The notes: generated from the sequence alone by a model not told the origin. A stretch of 50,195 nt of DNA from Candidatus Magasanikiibacteriota bacterium (GCA_009694865.1 SICD01000003.1:1-50195), one strand, 5' to 3'. Shown: positions 18,181 to 27,208, counted from the stretch's first letter. Numbers and translations: made by a program.

Positions 18181-20115
18181 TTGTTTGTGATTTTAAAACG
18201 AACAAAAAAACCAATCATTTCAACGACCGGACTTGATAAAAAATTAGTCGGCCGTCTCCGCTCTCGGATCCTGCCCGGACTCAAACAATTTAAATATCTC
18301 TCCGCTTTTCTTACGGCGCGAGAAAAACAAATTGTTCTTGGCGCGCTCGCAGTCATTATTATTACCAGTCTCGCCTGGGGTATATTATTTATCAAACATC
18401 ACCTGGTGAGCGGAGCCGGCCAGGGCGGCGCCTACTCCGAAGCGCTGGTCGGACAACCAAAATATCTTAATCCGCTATTCGCGAACGTGAGCGACATCGA
18501 CAGCGATCTCACCAGCCTTACCTATTCCGGTTTATTCGGATATGATGCCAACCAAAAACTGGTACCGATATTGGCAAAAAATATTACCACTAGCCCAGAC
18601 GGGAAAACGTATGACATCGAGATAAAAGACGGCGTAAAATGGGGAGATGGTGAAAATTTAACCGCTGATGATGTATTATTTACTTTTGAAACCGTTCAGA
18701 ACCCTGAAGTGGGCAGCCCGCTCTTTTCCAGCTTCCAAGGAATAAAAATAAAAAAAATCGACCAATCCACCATCCGTTTTACGCTTAAAGAACCCTTTGC
18801 TCCTTTTCTCCACAGTTTAACAGTAGGAATTCTACCCGAGCATCTCTGGGGAAACAACGCTCCGGGCGGACTAAAACTCGCCAAAAATAATTTGGAACCA
18901 ATGGGTACTGGAGCGTGGTTGTTTGACAAATTAACCAAAGATAACACGGGCACGATTACCAGTCTTTCTCTCAAACCAAACCCTTACTACGCGGGCACAA
19001 AAGCCCATTTTAATTTTCTTACTTTTAAATTTTTCAGCGATTTTGAAGGGGCTCTCGAAGCGCTCCGAAACCAAACGGTGCTGGCACTAAGCTTTGTGCC
19101 GGCGGAAGAAAAAGATAAACTTCCTCAAAAAAATTTCACCTTCTCCAATATCCATTTACCAGAATACACCGCGCTCTTTTTTAACAACTCACAGGCTCCC
19201 CTTTTAAAAAACGACGACTTGCGCGCCGCTTTACAAATTGGCATTGATAAGAATAGCTTAATAAAAACCGCCCTCCAAGGCGAAGGTGAGGTGGTGGATA
19301 ACCCTTTGTTAGGCTCCCTTAACACCACGGAATCATCAACCATACCCCTGGCTTTTGACGTGGCGGCGGGCAACGCGCTCTTAGATAAACATTGGGCACG
19401 AATCCAGCCGGAAGAATATTTTGCCTTGCGCCAAAAAGAAATAAACACCAATACCGCGCCCACCTCAACCGCTAATTCGGCCGGAACATCAACAACGAGT
19501 GCTGAAAAACTGCTGTCGACTGCGGAAACCAACGGGTTAATCCGGGCGGAAATGACACCTGATCAAGCATTTTTCCGCAAAACAAAAGATAACAAAACCA
19601 TACGGCTAAGCATCACCACGGTTGACACTTCCGACTACCTGGCGGTAGCAAAATTAATTGTACATTTTTGGCATGCTCTTGGCATTGCGGCTGATGTTGA
19701 GGTGGTAAGCCCCAGACAAATTGGGCGCGAAATTATTAAGCCTCGCGATTACGAAATTCTGTTGTATGGTGAAATTGTGGGAGCCGATCCTGATCCGTTT
19801 CCTTTCTGGCATTCTTCCCAAATAACTTTTCCGGGGCTTAACCTAAGCCTCTACGCTAATCGTAATGTCGATAAATGGCTCGAAGACGCCCGCGTAACGA
19901 ATGACGAAAGCAAACGCGCCGCGTTATACGCGAAATTTATCAAAGCGCTTGACACCGATCGGCCAGCCATTTTCTTATATTCACCCTACTCCACCCTTGT
20001 TACTAATGCCGCTCTTAAAGGCGTACGCTTGCCAAAAGATATCGTCTCGCCGACCGGACGCTTTGCAACCTTAGCGGAATGGTATTTGAATACCACCTGG
20101 CAGTGGCAGTGGTAA
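18181..20115 (+). CDS. Family-5 (peptide/nickel) ABC substrate-binding protein, membrane anchored
   Basis: GGAYSEALVGQPKYLNPL, LTADDVLFTF, FTLKEPFAPFL, PMGTGAW, DPFPFWHSSQ; start codon uncertain (TTG). Confidence 0.88.
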   Translation: MFVILKRTKKPIISTTGLDKKLVGRLRSRILPGLKQFKYLSAFLTAREKQIVLGALAVIIITSLAWGILFIKHHLVSGAGQGGAYSEALVGQPKYLNPLFANVSDIDSDLTSLTYSGLFGYDANQKLVPILAKNITTSPDGKTYDIEIKDGVKWGDGENLTADDVLFTFETVQNPEVGSPLFSSFQGIKIKKIDQSTIRFTLKEPFAPFLHSLTVGILPEHLWGNNAPGGLKLAKNNLEPMGTGAWLFDKLTKDNTGTITSLSLKPNPYYAGTKAHFNFLTFKFFSDFEGALEALRNQTVLALSFVPAEEKDKLPQKNFTFSNIHLPEYTALFFNNSQAPLLKNDDLRAALQIGIDKNSLIKTALQGEGEVVDNPLLGSLNTTESSTIPLAFDVAAGNALLDKHWARIQPEEYFALRQKEINTNTAPTSTANSAGTSTTSAEKLLSTAETNGLIRAEMTPDQAFFRKTKDNKTIRLSITTVDTSDYLAVAKLIVHFWHALGIAADVEVVSPRQIGREIIKPRDYEILLYGEIVGADPDPFPFWHSSQITFPGLNLSLYANRNVDKWLEDARVTNDESKRAALYAKFIKALDTDRPAIFLYSPYSTLVTNAALKGVRLPKDIVSPTGRFATLAEWYLNTTWQWQW

Positions 20116-20227
20116 CGTGACCTAGTTTATAAAGTTATCAAGTTATAAAGTTCTCAGATTGATAAATGCCACGAGCCTCGTTCGCACTTTATAAACTTTA
20201 TAACTTTACAAACTTGTAACTATCACG
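20116..20227. repeat. Inverted 8-9-mer AAAGTT/AACTTT arrays
   Basis: AGTTTATAAAGTTATCAAGTTATAAAGTT versus ACTTTATAAACTTTATAACTTTACAAACTTGTAACT; closed by CGTGA/TCACG. Confidence 0.8.
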
Positions 20228-20333
20228 GGGACGTGGCGGAATTGGTATACCCCGTCATCCGACGGGGCAGGCGCGTACGTCTCAGAAGCGTGGGGCATGC
20301 GCCCCACGCCCGGCGGATGCCGGGCGTATGGAG
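20227..20333 (+). pseudogene. Disrupted 5' part of a tRNA-Leu(CAG) with two palindromic insertions and no T arm
   Basis: TGGCGGAATTGGTATAC, CGCGTACGTCTCAGAAGCGT and ATGGAG match the intact gene at 20376 but are separated by hairpin inserts. Confidence 0.8.
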
Positions 20334-20375
20334 ACAGCGTGAATGATTATATTTTTACAAACAATTTAAAAATTA

Positions 20376-20457
20376 GGGCGAGTGGCGGAATTGGTATACG
20401 CGTACGTCTCAGAAGCGTATGGAGCAATCCTTGAGGGTTCGAGTCCCTCTTCGCCCA
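20376..20457 (+). tRNA. tRNA-Leu (anticodon CAG)
   Basis: GGGCGAG/TTCGCCC acceptor, TACGT-CTCAGAA-GCGTA anticodon arm, variable arm GGA-GCAA-TCC, GAGGG-TTCGAGT-CCCTC T arm. Confidence 0.95.
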
Positions 20458-20504
20458 CATATCTTAAATTATTTATTTTTAATTTCTTCTCGTAAGAAAA
20501 ATTT

Positions 20505-22343
20505 ATGTTAATTCCATCAGTACCCATCCCCGAGCGCAACCTGCCATCGCGCGAACGCCGTCGTTATGGCGCCGCTACTACTCGTCGCGCCGCTTCACCG
20601 AGCCATTCCGCGCCACACTCACATCACGCCACGCCACATCTTTCGGCAACTTCCGCGACTACCGTTCCCACTCTTGGCGCTGGATTAAAACTCCGCGTCG
20701 CCGTCCTCGGCGGCTTGGAGGAAGTGGGCCGCAATTGCACCTTATTTGAATATGGTGATGATATTATTATCGTTGATATGGGTTTGCAATTCCCCGAGGA
20801 AGACATGCCCGGAATCGATTACATCATTCCAAACATGAACTATCTCAAAGGTAAAGAAAAAAATATCCGCGGCGTCATTATTACCCACGGCCACTACGAT
20901 CACATCGGTGGCATTCCCCATATTATTCCCAATCTTGGCTACCCGCCCATTTACGCTCTTCCCATCACCAACGCCATCATTAAAAAACGACAGGATGATT
21001 ATAAAGGGCTACGTCCGCTGAATATTAACAACGTCAAAATTGATGATAAATTACAATTAGGAAAATTTTCAATCGAATTTTTCCACGTCAACCACAACAT
21101 CCCCGATTCCATGGGAATTGTGGTGCGCACCCCAGAAGGTGTCGTTATTCACACTGGCGATTGGAAATTTGACTACCAACCAGTTGGTGAAGCTCCGGCT
21201 GATTTGCAAAAGCTCGCCAAAATTGGCAGTGAAGGCGTGCTCGCGCTCATGAGCGACTCCACCAACGCCGCCCAAACCGGCCACCAAATGTCGGAAACGG
21301 AAATCGGCATCAACCTCGAAGAGCTCATCGCGAAAGCCCCCGGTCGCATTATCATTGGCGCTTTTTCATCGCTATTTTCCCGTATTAAACAACTCATTGA
21401 ATTCTCGGAAAAACTCGGCAAGGTGGTGGCCATTGGCGGTTACAGCATGAAAACCAACGTGGAAATTGCCAAAGAACTGGGCTACATGAAATTCAATCCC
21501 AAAACAATTGTTGATTTACGCAACATCGATAAATACCCACCCAATAAAGTGGTGATAATTTGCAGTGGCGCCCAAGGCGAAAAAAACGCGACCTTGATGA
21601 GAATAGCGAGCGGCGAACACCGCGATATTAAGATGATTGCGAGTGACACGGTGGTGTTCTCTTCATCCGTTATTCCGGGCAATGAGCGCACCATCCAACG
21701 ACTCAAAGACACCCTCTTCCGCAAAGTCGCTGAAGTTGTTCATAACGAAATGATGGATGTGCACGCTGGTGGCCACGCCAAAGCAGACGACATTAAACTC
21801 ATGATCCGCCTCCTCAACCCCAAATACTTCATTCCCCAACACGGCAACCACTTTATGTTGCGCTACAACGGCCGTATTGCTACCAGTATGGGCATGGCGA
21901 AAGAAAATGTTTTTATTGCCGATAACGGCCAAGTAATGGAATTCCAAAAAGGCATGGGCGTTCTCACCAAAGAAAAACTCACCACCGATTATGTATTCGT
22001 GGATGGCCTCGGCGTGAGCGACGAAACCAACGTTGTTCTGCGTGACCGCCAAGTCTTGGCCGAAGATGGCATGGTAGTTATTATCGCGACAGTTGATTCT
22101 AAAACCGGCAAACTAATTCAGAACCCCGATATCATCTCCCGCGGCTTTGTCTTCCTTAAATCCAACAAAGAACTCATCGAAGACCTACGCCACCGAATCA
22201 AAAAAATGGTCATCGAATCCGACCCCCTCAACTGGGCGGATACGAACTACATTAGAAATAAAATTCGCGACTACGTGGGACAGTTCTTGTTTACGAAGAC
22301 GGAAAAGAGACCGATGATTTTACCGGTGGTAATTGAGGTTTAG
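20505..22343 (+). CDS. rnj: Ribonuclease J
   Basis: LGGLEEVGRN, THGHYDHIGG, HTGDWKFD, HAGGHA, RPMILPVVIEV; low-complexity N-terminal extension. Confidence 0.96.
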   Translation: MLIPSVPIPERNLPSRERRRYGAATTRRAASPSHSAPHSHHATPHLSATSATTVPTLGAGLKLRVAVLGGLEEVGRNCTLFEYGDDIIIVDMGLQFPEEDMPGIDYIIPNMNYLKGKEKNIRGVIITHGHYDHIGGIPHIIPNLGYPPIYALPITNAIIKKRQDDYKGLRPLNINNVKIDDKLQLGKFSIEFFHVNHNIPDSMGIVVRTPEGVVIHTGDWKFDYQPVGEAPADLQKLAKIGSEGVLALMSDSTNAAQTGHQMSETEIGINLEELIAKAPGRIIIGAFSSLFSRIKQLIEFSEKLGKVVAIGGYSMKTNVEIAKELGYMKFNPKTIVDLRNIDKYPPNKVVIICSGAQGEKNATLMRIASGEHRDIKMIASDTVVFSSSVIPGNERTIQRLKDTLFRKVAEVVHNEMMDVHAGGHAKADDIKLMIRLLNPKYFIPQHGNHFMLRYNGRIATSMGMAKENVFIADNGQVMEFQKGMGVLTKEKLTTDYVFVDGLGVSDETNVVLRDRQVLAEDGMVVIIATVDSKTGKLIQNPDIISRGFVFLKSNKELIEDLRHRIKKMVIESDPLNWADTNYIRNKIRDYVGQFLFTKTEKRPMILPVVIEV

Positions 22344-22462
22344 ACCGACGTGCCTCGCCGAAGCCCACATGCGAAGGCGGGTGATTAAGGTGTGGGCGTG
22401 AATCAATAACTCAACCCGTACAAACATACTGGTGGAATTATTATTTTTATTCTCTACGCGAT

Positions 22463-23779
22463 ATGCGGAAACACATTGAAACTATCGCGCTTGCAGCGCT
22501 TATAGGAGGATGCGGTGTGCCCAGCACGCCAGAACAACCTATAAAACCACAGACTAACACTTCTGTTTATGAACATAAAAAAACAGTAGAAGAGAAAATA
22601 AAAAAAAATTATGAGAAAATTCTCGAGAATTACGAAAACTTGCGATCAACCAAAAAACGCCTCCAAGAAATTAAATTCACTACCGCCCAAGGAGAAGAGA
22701 CAGATGGGTTAAAAATGGTAGTGGGCATTCTCAATAAAGGATACGACCCTACAGGTGATAGTGACGCCTTGAAAAAACTTACTAATGATTATTTGCCCGG
22801 TGAAGATCCAAAAAATACATACATGCTTCGGGTGGCGCATGCTCTATGGGTAGAATCTCAAAATCTAGTTCCATGGTCTTTAAAAGATTACTCTTCCGAA
22901 CAGGTTGAACAGATGCTGCATGTCCCGGTTCGTGATGAAAAAGGGGAAATACGGATCGACGTTCGCCCCACCATGCCACTAAAAGATAAACAGGGGCACG
23001 ACTATTCTGAAGAGTGGGGTTTTCTTGAAAAGGAGACTGAATACAAGGCATATCCTCTTGCTCACAAGCTTATAGCTCATGATCAAAAAACAACGTTATA
23101 TAACATGATTAGGTGGTTAAAATCCAATGTCTTCCATGCTTATACTAATCAGGATGGCACTTCCTGGGACTGGGATCATTACGCTGACGGCAGACAACCC
23201 GATCCCTTAAAGCAGACGCTACTCAACGGAAAAGCACAATGGTTACCAGCCAATCTTGAACGTTATTTTGAAGAACGAATTTCAGGCTGTCATGAACCTG
23301 TTTTAGTGTTAGCAAACATGGCACGCTCATTAAACATCCCCGTAATGAATATCAACGTAGAAGGTCACGGTATAACGTACCTCCCTACCGAGGATCGATT
23401 TGTTCATGGTGATCATCTTTCCAACCACCCTATGGTTCCAACAGACTTGGTCCCTTTAACGCGAGCAGGTATAGCTGGTATAAAAGACGAGCCAATGCTT
23501 TTTGAAGAACAAAAAAGATTAGTGTTAGCACGCTTCAATAACGATATAACGGCTACAAATATAATTATGAGCTCTGAGATGAATAGAAAACAAAACAGTT
23601 TAGAGGTTCATACAAATGTAAATGGGTTGCCGAGCGACGAGGTGACAGCTGCCATACAAAAAGAGTTGCCACAATATGGATTAATTGCTAATAACAATAC
23701 TTATCGTTTGCAAGCTACATCCCTTTACCCAATTAGAACTCTAGAAGAGTTAAAAAAACCCGATTCAAACATTTGGTAA
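22463..23779 (+). CDS. Putative lipoprotein with transglutaminase-like (Cys-His-Asp) region
   Basis: LIGGC lipobox-like; SGCHEPVLVLANMARSLNIPV...EGHG...FVHGD resembles the transglutaminase-like core. Confidence 0.55.
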   Translation: MRKHIETIALAALIGGCGVPSTPEQPIKPQTNTSVYEHKKTVEEKIKKNYEKILENYENLRSTKKRLQEIKFTTAQGEETDGLKMVVGILNKGYDPTGDSDALKKLTNDYLPGEDPKNTYMLRVAHALWVESQNLVPWSLKDYSSEQVEQMLHVPVRDEKGEIRIDVRPTMPLKDKQGHDYSEEWGFLEKETEYKAYPLAHKLIAHDQKTTLYNMIRWLKSNVFHAYTNQDGTSWDWDHYADGRQPDPLKQTLLNGKAQWLPANLERYFEERISGCHEPVLVLANMARSLNIPVMNINVEGHGITYLPTEDRFVHGDHLSNHPMVPTDLVPLTRAGIAGIKDEPMLFEEQKRLVLARFNNDITATNIIMSSEMNRKQNSLEVHTNVNGLPSDEVTAAIQKELPQYGLIANNNTYRLQATSLYPIRTLEELKKPDSNIW

Positions 23780-23811
23780 GGATACATTAATTTTTTCTAC
23801 AATAAATTCCT

Positions 23812-24498
23812 ATGCAAAAAATATTTCTCGTCATGCTTGGCACTTTACTCCTGGCTGGAGCCGGGTGTAGTCGCCCAGCTACTCTAGCAACAGAAGATAA
23901 GGAGACAACCATAACTCCAACCCAACAAGTTGTTGCTCCAGTAAACCAACCAACAGAAAAAAACTGTGCTAACCTAGGCACGGGATGGAAATTATTTATA
24001 AGCAAGAAGCCTCGTTTGTCTTTTTGTTACCCGACTATTTGGGGTGTCCCAAAACCAGAAGAAACGACCATTAGCCCATCAGCTCGTCTAGGTACCGCCT
24101 GGCATATTAGCTTTAATACAAAAAGCGAAACCCCTCTCATTAGTATTTTTACCTCTAATTTTCAAAAGCTCGGAGATTCTGACGTGCCATCCTATTGTTG
24201 GGGCTGTATTAACCTAGCAAAGGACGAAACAGACATTCAGAAGGATCTTCTACAAGGATACTACAAACTTGGGGGAGAAAATGTGAGCTTGGAAGTTAAA
24301 AAATTAACTATCGATACCGCGCCTGCTTTAAAAACCAAAAGTAATTTTGTCTCTTGGCTTAGTCGGGATAAAATGAGTATTGTGGAGTGGTTTATTCCTC
24401 AAGCACGTTTGGGTGAGCAGACATATAATGTTGTAGTGTCGAGCGACCAAAAACAAGAGGCTGATACAGAACTATTGATAAATTCATTGGACCTATAA
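23812..24498 (+). CDS. Putative lipoprotein
   Basis: MQKIFLVMLGTLLLAGAGC lipobox; WKLF...LSFCYPTIW resembles PsbP-like surface proteins. Confidence 0.7.
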   Translation: MQKIFLVMLGTLLLAGAGCSRPATLATEDKETTITPTQQVVAPVNQPTEKNCANLGTGWKLFISKKPRLSFCYPTIWGVPKPEETTISPSARLGTAWHISFNTKSETPLISIFTSNFQKLGDSDVPSYCWGCINLAKDETDIQKDLLQGYYKLGGENVSLEVKKLTIDTAPALKTKSNFVSWLSRDKMSIVEWFIPQARLGEQTYNVVVSSDQKQEADTELLINSLDL

Positions 24499-24508
24499 TT
24501 TCTAGAAC

Positions 24509-24544
24509 ATAAAAAATCCGAACAATTAAGCTCGGATTTTTTAT
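24509..24544. terminator. Bidirectional terminator
   Basis: ATAAAAAATCCGA...TCGGATTTTTTAT. Confidence 0.8.
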
Positions 24545-24653
24545 TCTCTCACCGCTCTCGCTCGAATTCCAAAAAAATTGGAACCCCAGCGAGTTGGAGC
24601 GATAAGAAATTTTGTTGCCTCCACGTCGCCCCCGGTCTTCCGAAGCCTCCCCG

Positions 24654-24965
24654 CTACGCCGCTGGTCGCCGACTCTTCGGCAGATCGCGATAGTGTATGC
24701 GAATTCGCGACAGCTTGATGGTCAGACGAACGTCTTTTAGCGCCGGTAGGTTGTACCAACGGTCCATGAGGCACATGAACGCGCCTCCAAACGCCAAGAG
24801 GTACAGCAGGGTGAGCGGAGCCTGCCAGCGCGGGCCATACCACTCAAAATCGAGTGAAAAAGCCACGACCGCGCCGCCGGTGAGCGACAACAGAGTCGCG
24901 AGAAAGGCCCCCCACCCTCCCACAAGCAGGCGCTCTTTCGTGGAACGAAACCAAAATTCTTCCAT
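24654..24965 (-). CDS. Small GC-rich two-TM membrane protein
   Basis: GGAGGAG SD before ATG; own promoter TTGACC-17-TATAAC (25025-24997); two hydrophobic segments. Confidence 0.65.
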   Translation of the reverse strand: MEEFWFRSTKERLLVGGWGAFLATLLSLTGGAVVAFSLDFEWYGPRWQAPLTLLYLLAFGGAFMCLMDRWYNLPALKDVRLTIKLSRIRIHYRDLPKSRRPAA

Positions 24966-25039
24966 TGGCTCCTCCCTTTAGGTTGGTGTGCTTAAAGTTA
25001 TAACAAACGTCCCGACTTTGGTCAACCAACTACCGCTGG

Positions 25040-25068
25040 TTGACAAAACAATTTAAACATGGTATAAA
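25040..25068 (+). promoter_or_regulatory. rnpB promoter
   Basis: TTGACA-17 nt-TATAAA with extended TG, 6 nt before P1. Confidence 0.8.
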
Positions 25069-25074
25069 ACCCCT

Positions 25075-25564
25075 GTTCATTACAGGTAATCGAGCCGCAA
25101 TTGCGGCTAGGAAAGTCCGAACACCCCCAGTTTTTATTTCGCTACCTACTGGGAAAAGGATAGTGGGCAACACCCACCGTTCCGATGGCAACATCGGAAA
25201 AGGGACAGTGGCACAGAGACAATACTACTGCGCCTCGCCGTAGCTTTAGCGGAGGCGGGAAAACCCCGCCTACGCCAAGGCTTCGGCGAGGCAAAGGAAA
25301 GGTGAAAAGTGTATGGGAGTTGTGGCCCTCGAGACCACAGCTACGATACTCCGCCCTGGAGCAATCCTTGGCGTGTGCTAAACCCTATCTGGTGCAAGAG
25401 CAGCGTCTCTCGGAGTTATTCTGAGATTCGAAAAGTTCGCTCGCTACGCCTTGCCAAAATTTTAGGACGGCGGCAAGGCTGACCCCACGAGCAATCGTGA
25501 GGCTAGATAAATGATTACCATCCCGAATAACTCGGGAAACAAAATTCGGCTTATCGCAATGAAC
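25075..25564 (+). ncRNA. rnpB: RNase P RNA
   Basis: P1 GTTCATT/AATGAAC; AGGAAAGTCCGAAC, AGTGGCACAGA, GGTGAAA, AAACCC..GGTGCAAG, TAGATAAATGAT and ACAAAATTCGGCTTAT conserved blocks in the expected order. Confidence 0.93.
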
Positions 25565-25566
25565 AA

Positions 25567-25594
25567 AAAACACCGCCCGCAAGGGTGGTGTTTT
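25567..25594. terminator. Terminator after rnpB (bidirectional with ribH)
   Basis: AAAACACCGCCC-GCAA-GGGTGGTGTTTT. Confidence 0.85.
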
Positions 25595-25621
25595 GTTTCT
25601 AATTCCTGCCGGCAGACTGGT

Positions 25622-26086
25622 TTATTTCCTAACTTCCTTCACTATCCTCGCCGTCTGTAGCGCCGCCTCGGATGCTTCACCCCCAACATGGAGCCGAGCC
25701 ATCGCTTGTTCTGCGTTCTCGGTCGTCACCACCCCAAACCCCACCGGCAACCCGTAATCCATCATCACCCGAAGCACACCATCACTAACCATTTTGCACA
25801 CATAATCAAAATGCGGGGTATCGCCGCGAATCACCACACCAATCGCCACCAGACAATCAAACTTCTTGGTCTCGGCCAACGCTTTCAACACCACCGGAAT
25901 TTCCACGCTACCAGCCACGCGATGAACACTAATTTTATTCACCAGCACTCCATACTCACTTAGCTTGTTCCCAGCACTCTTTAAAAGCTCCTCTGTTATA
26001 TCACGATTAAACTGCGCCACCACAATACCAACGCGATACTTTTTGGCATCGAAAATTTTAAAATCTGCTTTAGTTGATTGCTGCAT
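25622..26086 (-). CDS. ribH: 6,7-dimethyl-8-ribityllumazine synthase
   Basis: GIVVAQFN, VAGSVEIP, GVVIRGDTPHFDYVC, PVGFGVVTTEN.EQA..R. Confidence 0.96.
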   Translation of the reverse strand: MQQSTKADFKIFDAKKYRVGIVVAQFNRDITEELLKSAGNKLSEYGVLVNKISVHRVAGSVEIPVVLKALAETKKFDCLVAIGVVIRGDTPHFDYVCKMVSDGVLRVMMDYGLPVGFGVVTTENAEQAMARLHVGGEASEAALQTARIVKEVRK

Positions 26087-26098
26087 ATAAACTTTTAT

Positions 26099-26192
26099 TT
26101 GTCATTTCGAATCCCCGTCGCAGGGGTGAGAAATCTCTGGCTCACTCAATCGTTGGTTGAGCCAGAGATCCCTCCTGTGGTCGGGATGACAA
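26099..26192. mobile_element. TGTCAT...ATGACA MITE-like element
   Basis: GTCATTTCGA...ATCTCTGGCTCACTC...GAGCCAGAGAT...TCGGGATGAC; shares ATCTCTGGCTCACTC with the 16790 copy. Confidence 0.85.
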
Positions 26193-26212
26193 GTGAAAAA
26201 TAATATAACAAT

Positions 26213-26788
26213 TTAACCATTTGACAATTTAGCAATATACTTCCCCACCACATCAAACTCCAAATTCACCAAATTCCCCACTCGCTTTTCCCCCATCGTC
26301 GTCCCTTTGAGCGTATACGGGATGAACGCCGCCGAAAACCAATTCGTGCCCACATCGACGACAGTCAAACTAATGCCGTCAACCGCAATCGACCCTTTCT
26401 CAACCAGAAATTTACTGTATTGTTTAGGGAAATGAACTCTGAACTCTGAACTCTGAACTCTGAACTTAGTTATCTCCCCCACCGCATCCACATGCCCCTG
26501 CACAATATGCCCATCCAAAAAATCAATTGGCCGAAGCGAACGCTCTAGATTAACTTTTTTTGGAACCTGATGCCCAAACGTCGTCCGCTTAAGCGTCTCT
26601 TCCATCAATTGTGTTTGATAAAAACCCTTCCCAACTTTCGTCACCGTCAAACACACCCCATCCGTCGCCACAGAATCTCCCGGTTTGAGTTTCCATTTTG
26701 CCGGCGTCGCAATTGTCAAAACCAATGAACCATTTTTGTGTTCATACTTTTTGACCACCGCAACTGATTGGATGATACCGGTAAACAT
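26213..26788 (-). CDS. ribE: Riboflavin synthase (alpha chain)
   Basis: MFTGII, GDSVATDGVCLTV, GHIVQGHVD, KGSIAVDGISLTV, VNLEFD. Confidence 0.96.
   Translation of the reverse strand: MFTGIIQSVAVVKKYEHKNGSLVLTIATPAKWKLKPGDSVATDGVCLTVTKVGKGFYQTQLMEETLKRTTFGHQVPKKVNLERSLRPIDFLDGHIVQGHVDAVGEITKFRVQSSEFRVHFPKQYSKFLVEKGSIAVDGISLTVVDVGTNWFSAAFIPYTLKGTTMGEKRVGNLVNLEFDVVGKYIAKLSNG
26433..26467. repeat. (TGAACTC)x4 + TGAACTT heptamer tract inside ribE
   Basis: Read directly; encodes KFRVQSSEFRVH. Confidence 0.9.
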
Positions 26789-26809
26789 ACATTGAGCTTG
26801 GCCATTTTG

Positions 26810-26914
26810 TTGTCATTCTGAGTGAAACGAAGAATCTAGTTGGCTGGCGTTGATAATGAACTAGATCCTTCGCGGAGTTTATACTGAGTGGAGCGAATGT
26901 GCTCAGGATGACAA
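26810..26914. mobile_element. TGTCAT...ATGACA MITE-like element that supplies the stop codon of the upstream ORF
   Basis: GTCATTCTGAGTGAAACGAAGAATCT...AGATCCTTCG...CTCAGGATGAC; overlaps 26903-26914. Confidence 0.85.
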
Positions 26915-27208
26915 TTGAAGTTGTTTTTCTATCCTCTCCATCTCCCCCTCTACCACCACCCCATCATAATCCCCCGAATGCGCCGTCACCCCCGCGTACA
27001 CCGGCGCCCGCTGGTCTAAATGCAAATTGAGAGAATAATTATCGCCTTTTTCTTCCACATACAAATGAAACCGCGGAAACAAATCGCGATCGAGCCGGCG
27101 GACAAAACTTTTTTCATGAGTTCGGCGATCCATGTGCAAGGCATAACCCAAGCGACGAATGGAACGGTCAGGGTCAGGCAGAGCCGATTGTAGAACAACT
27201 AATTGCAC
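26903..27208 (-). CDS. Conserved-looking hypothetical protein
   Basis: IRRLGY...SFVRRL...FPRFHLY...LNLHLDQ...HSGDYDG; compact and motif-rich. Confidence 0.75.
   Translation of the reverse strand: MQLVVLQSALPDPDRSIRRLGYALHMDRRTHEKSFVRRLDRDLFPRFHLYVEEKGDNYSLNLHLDQRAPVYAGVTAHSGDYDGVVVEGEMERIEKQLQLSS

Noticed and set aside
25040-25582. Short ORFs over this region
   Set aside because: They overlap the RNase P RNA gene.
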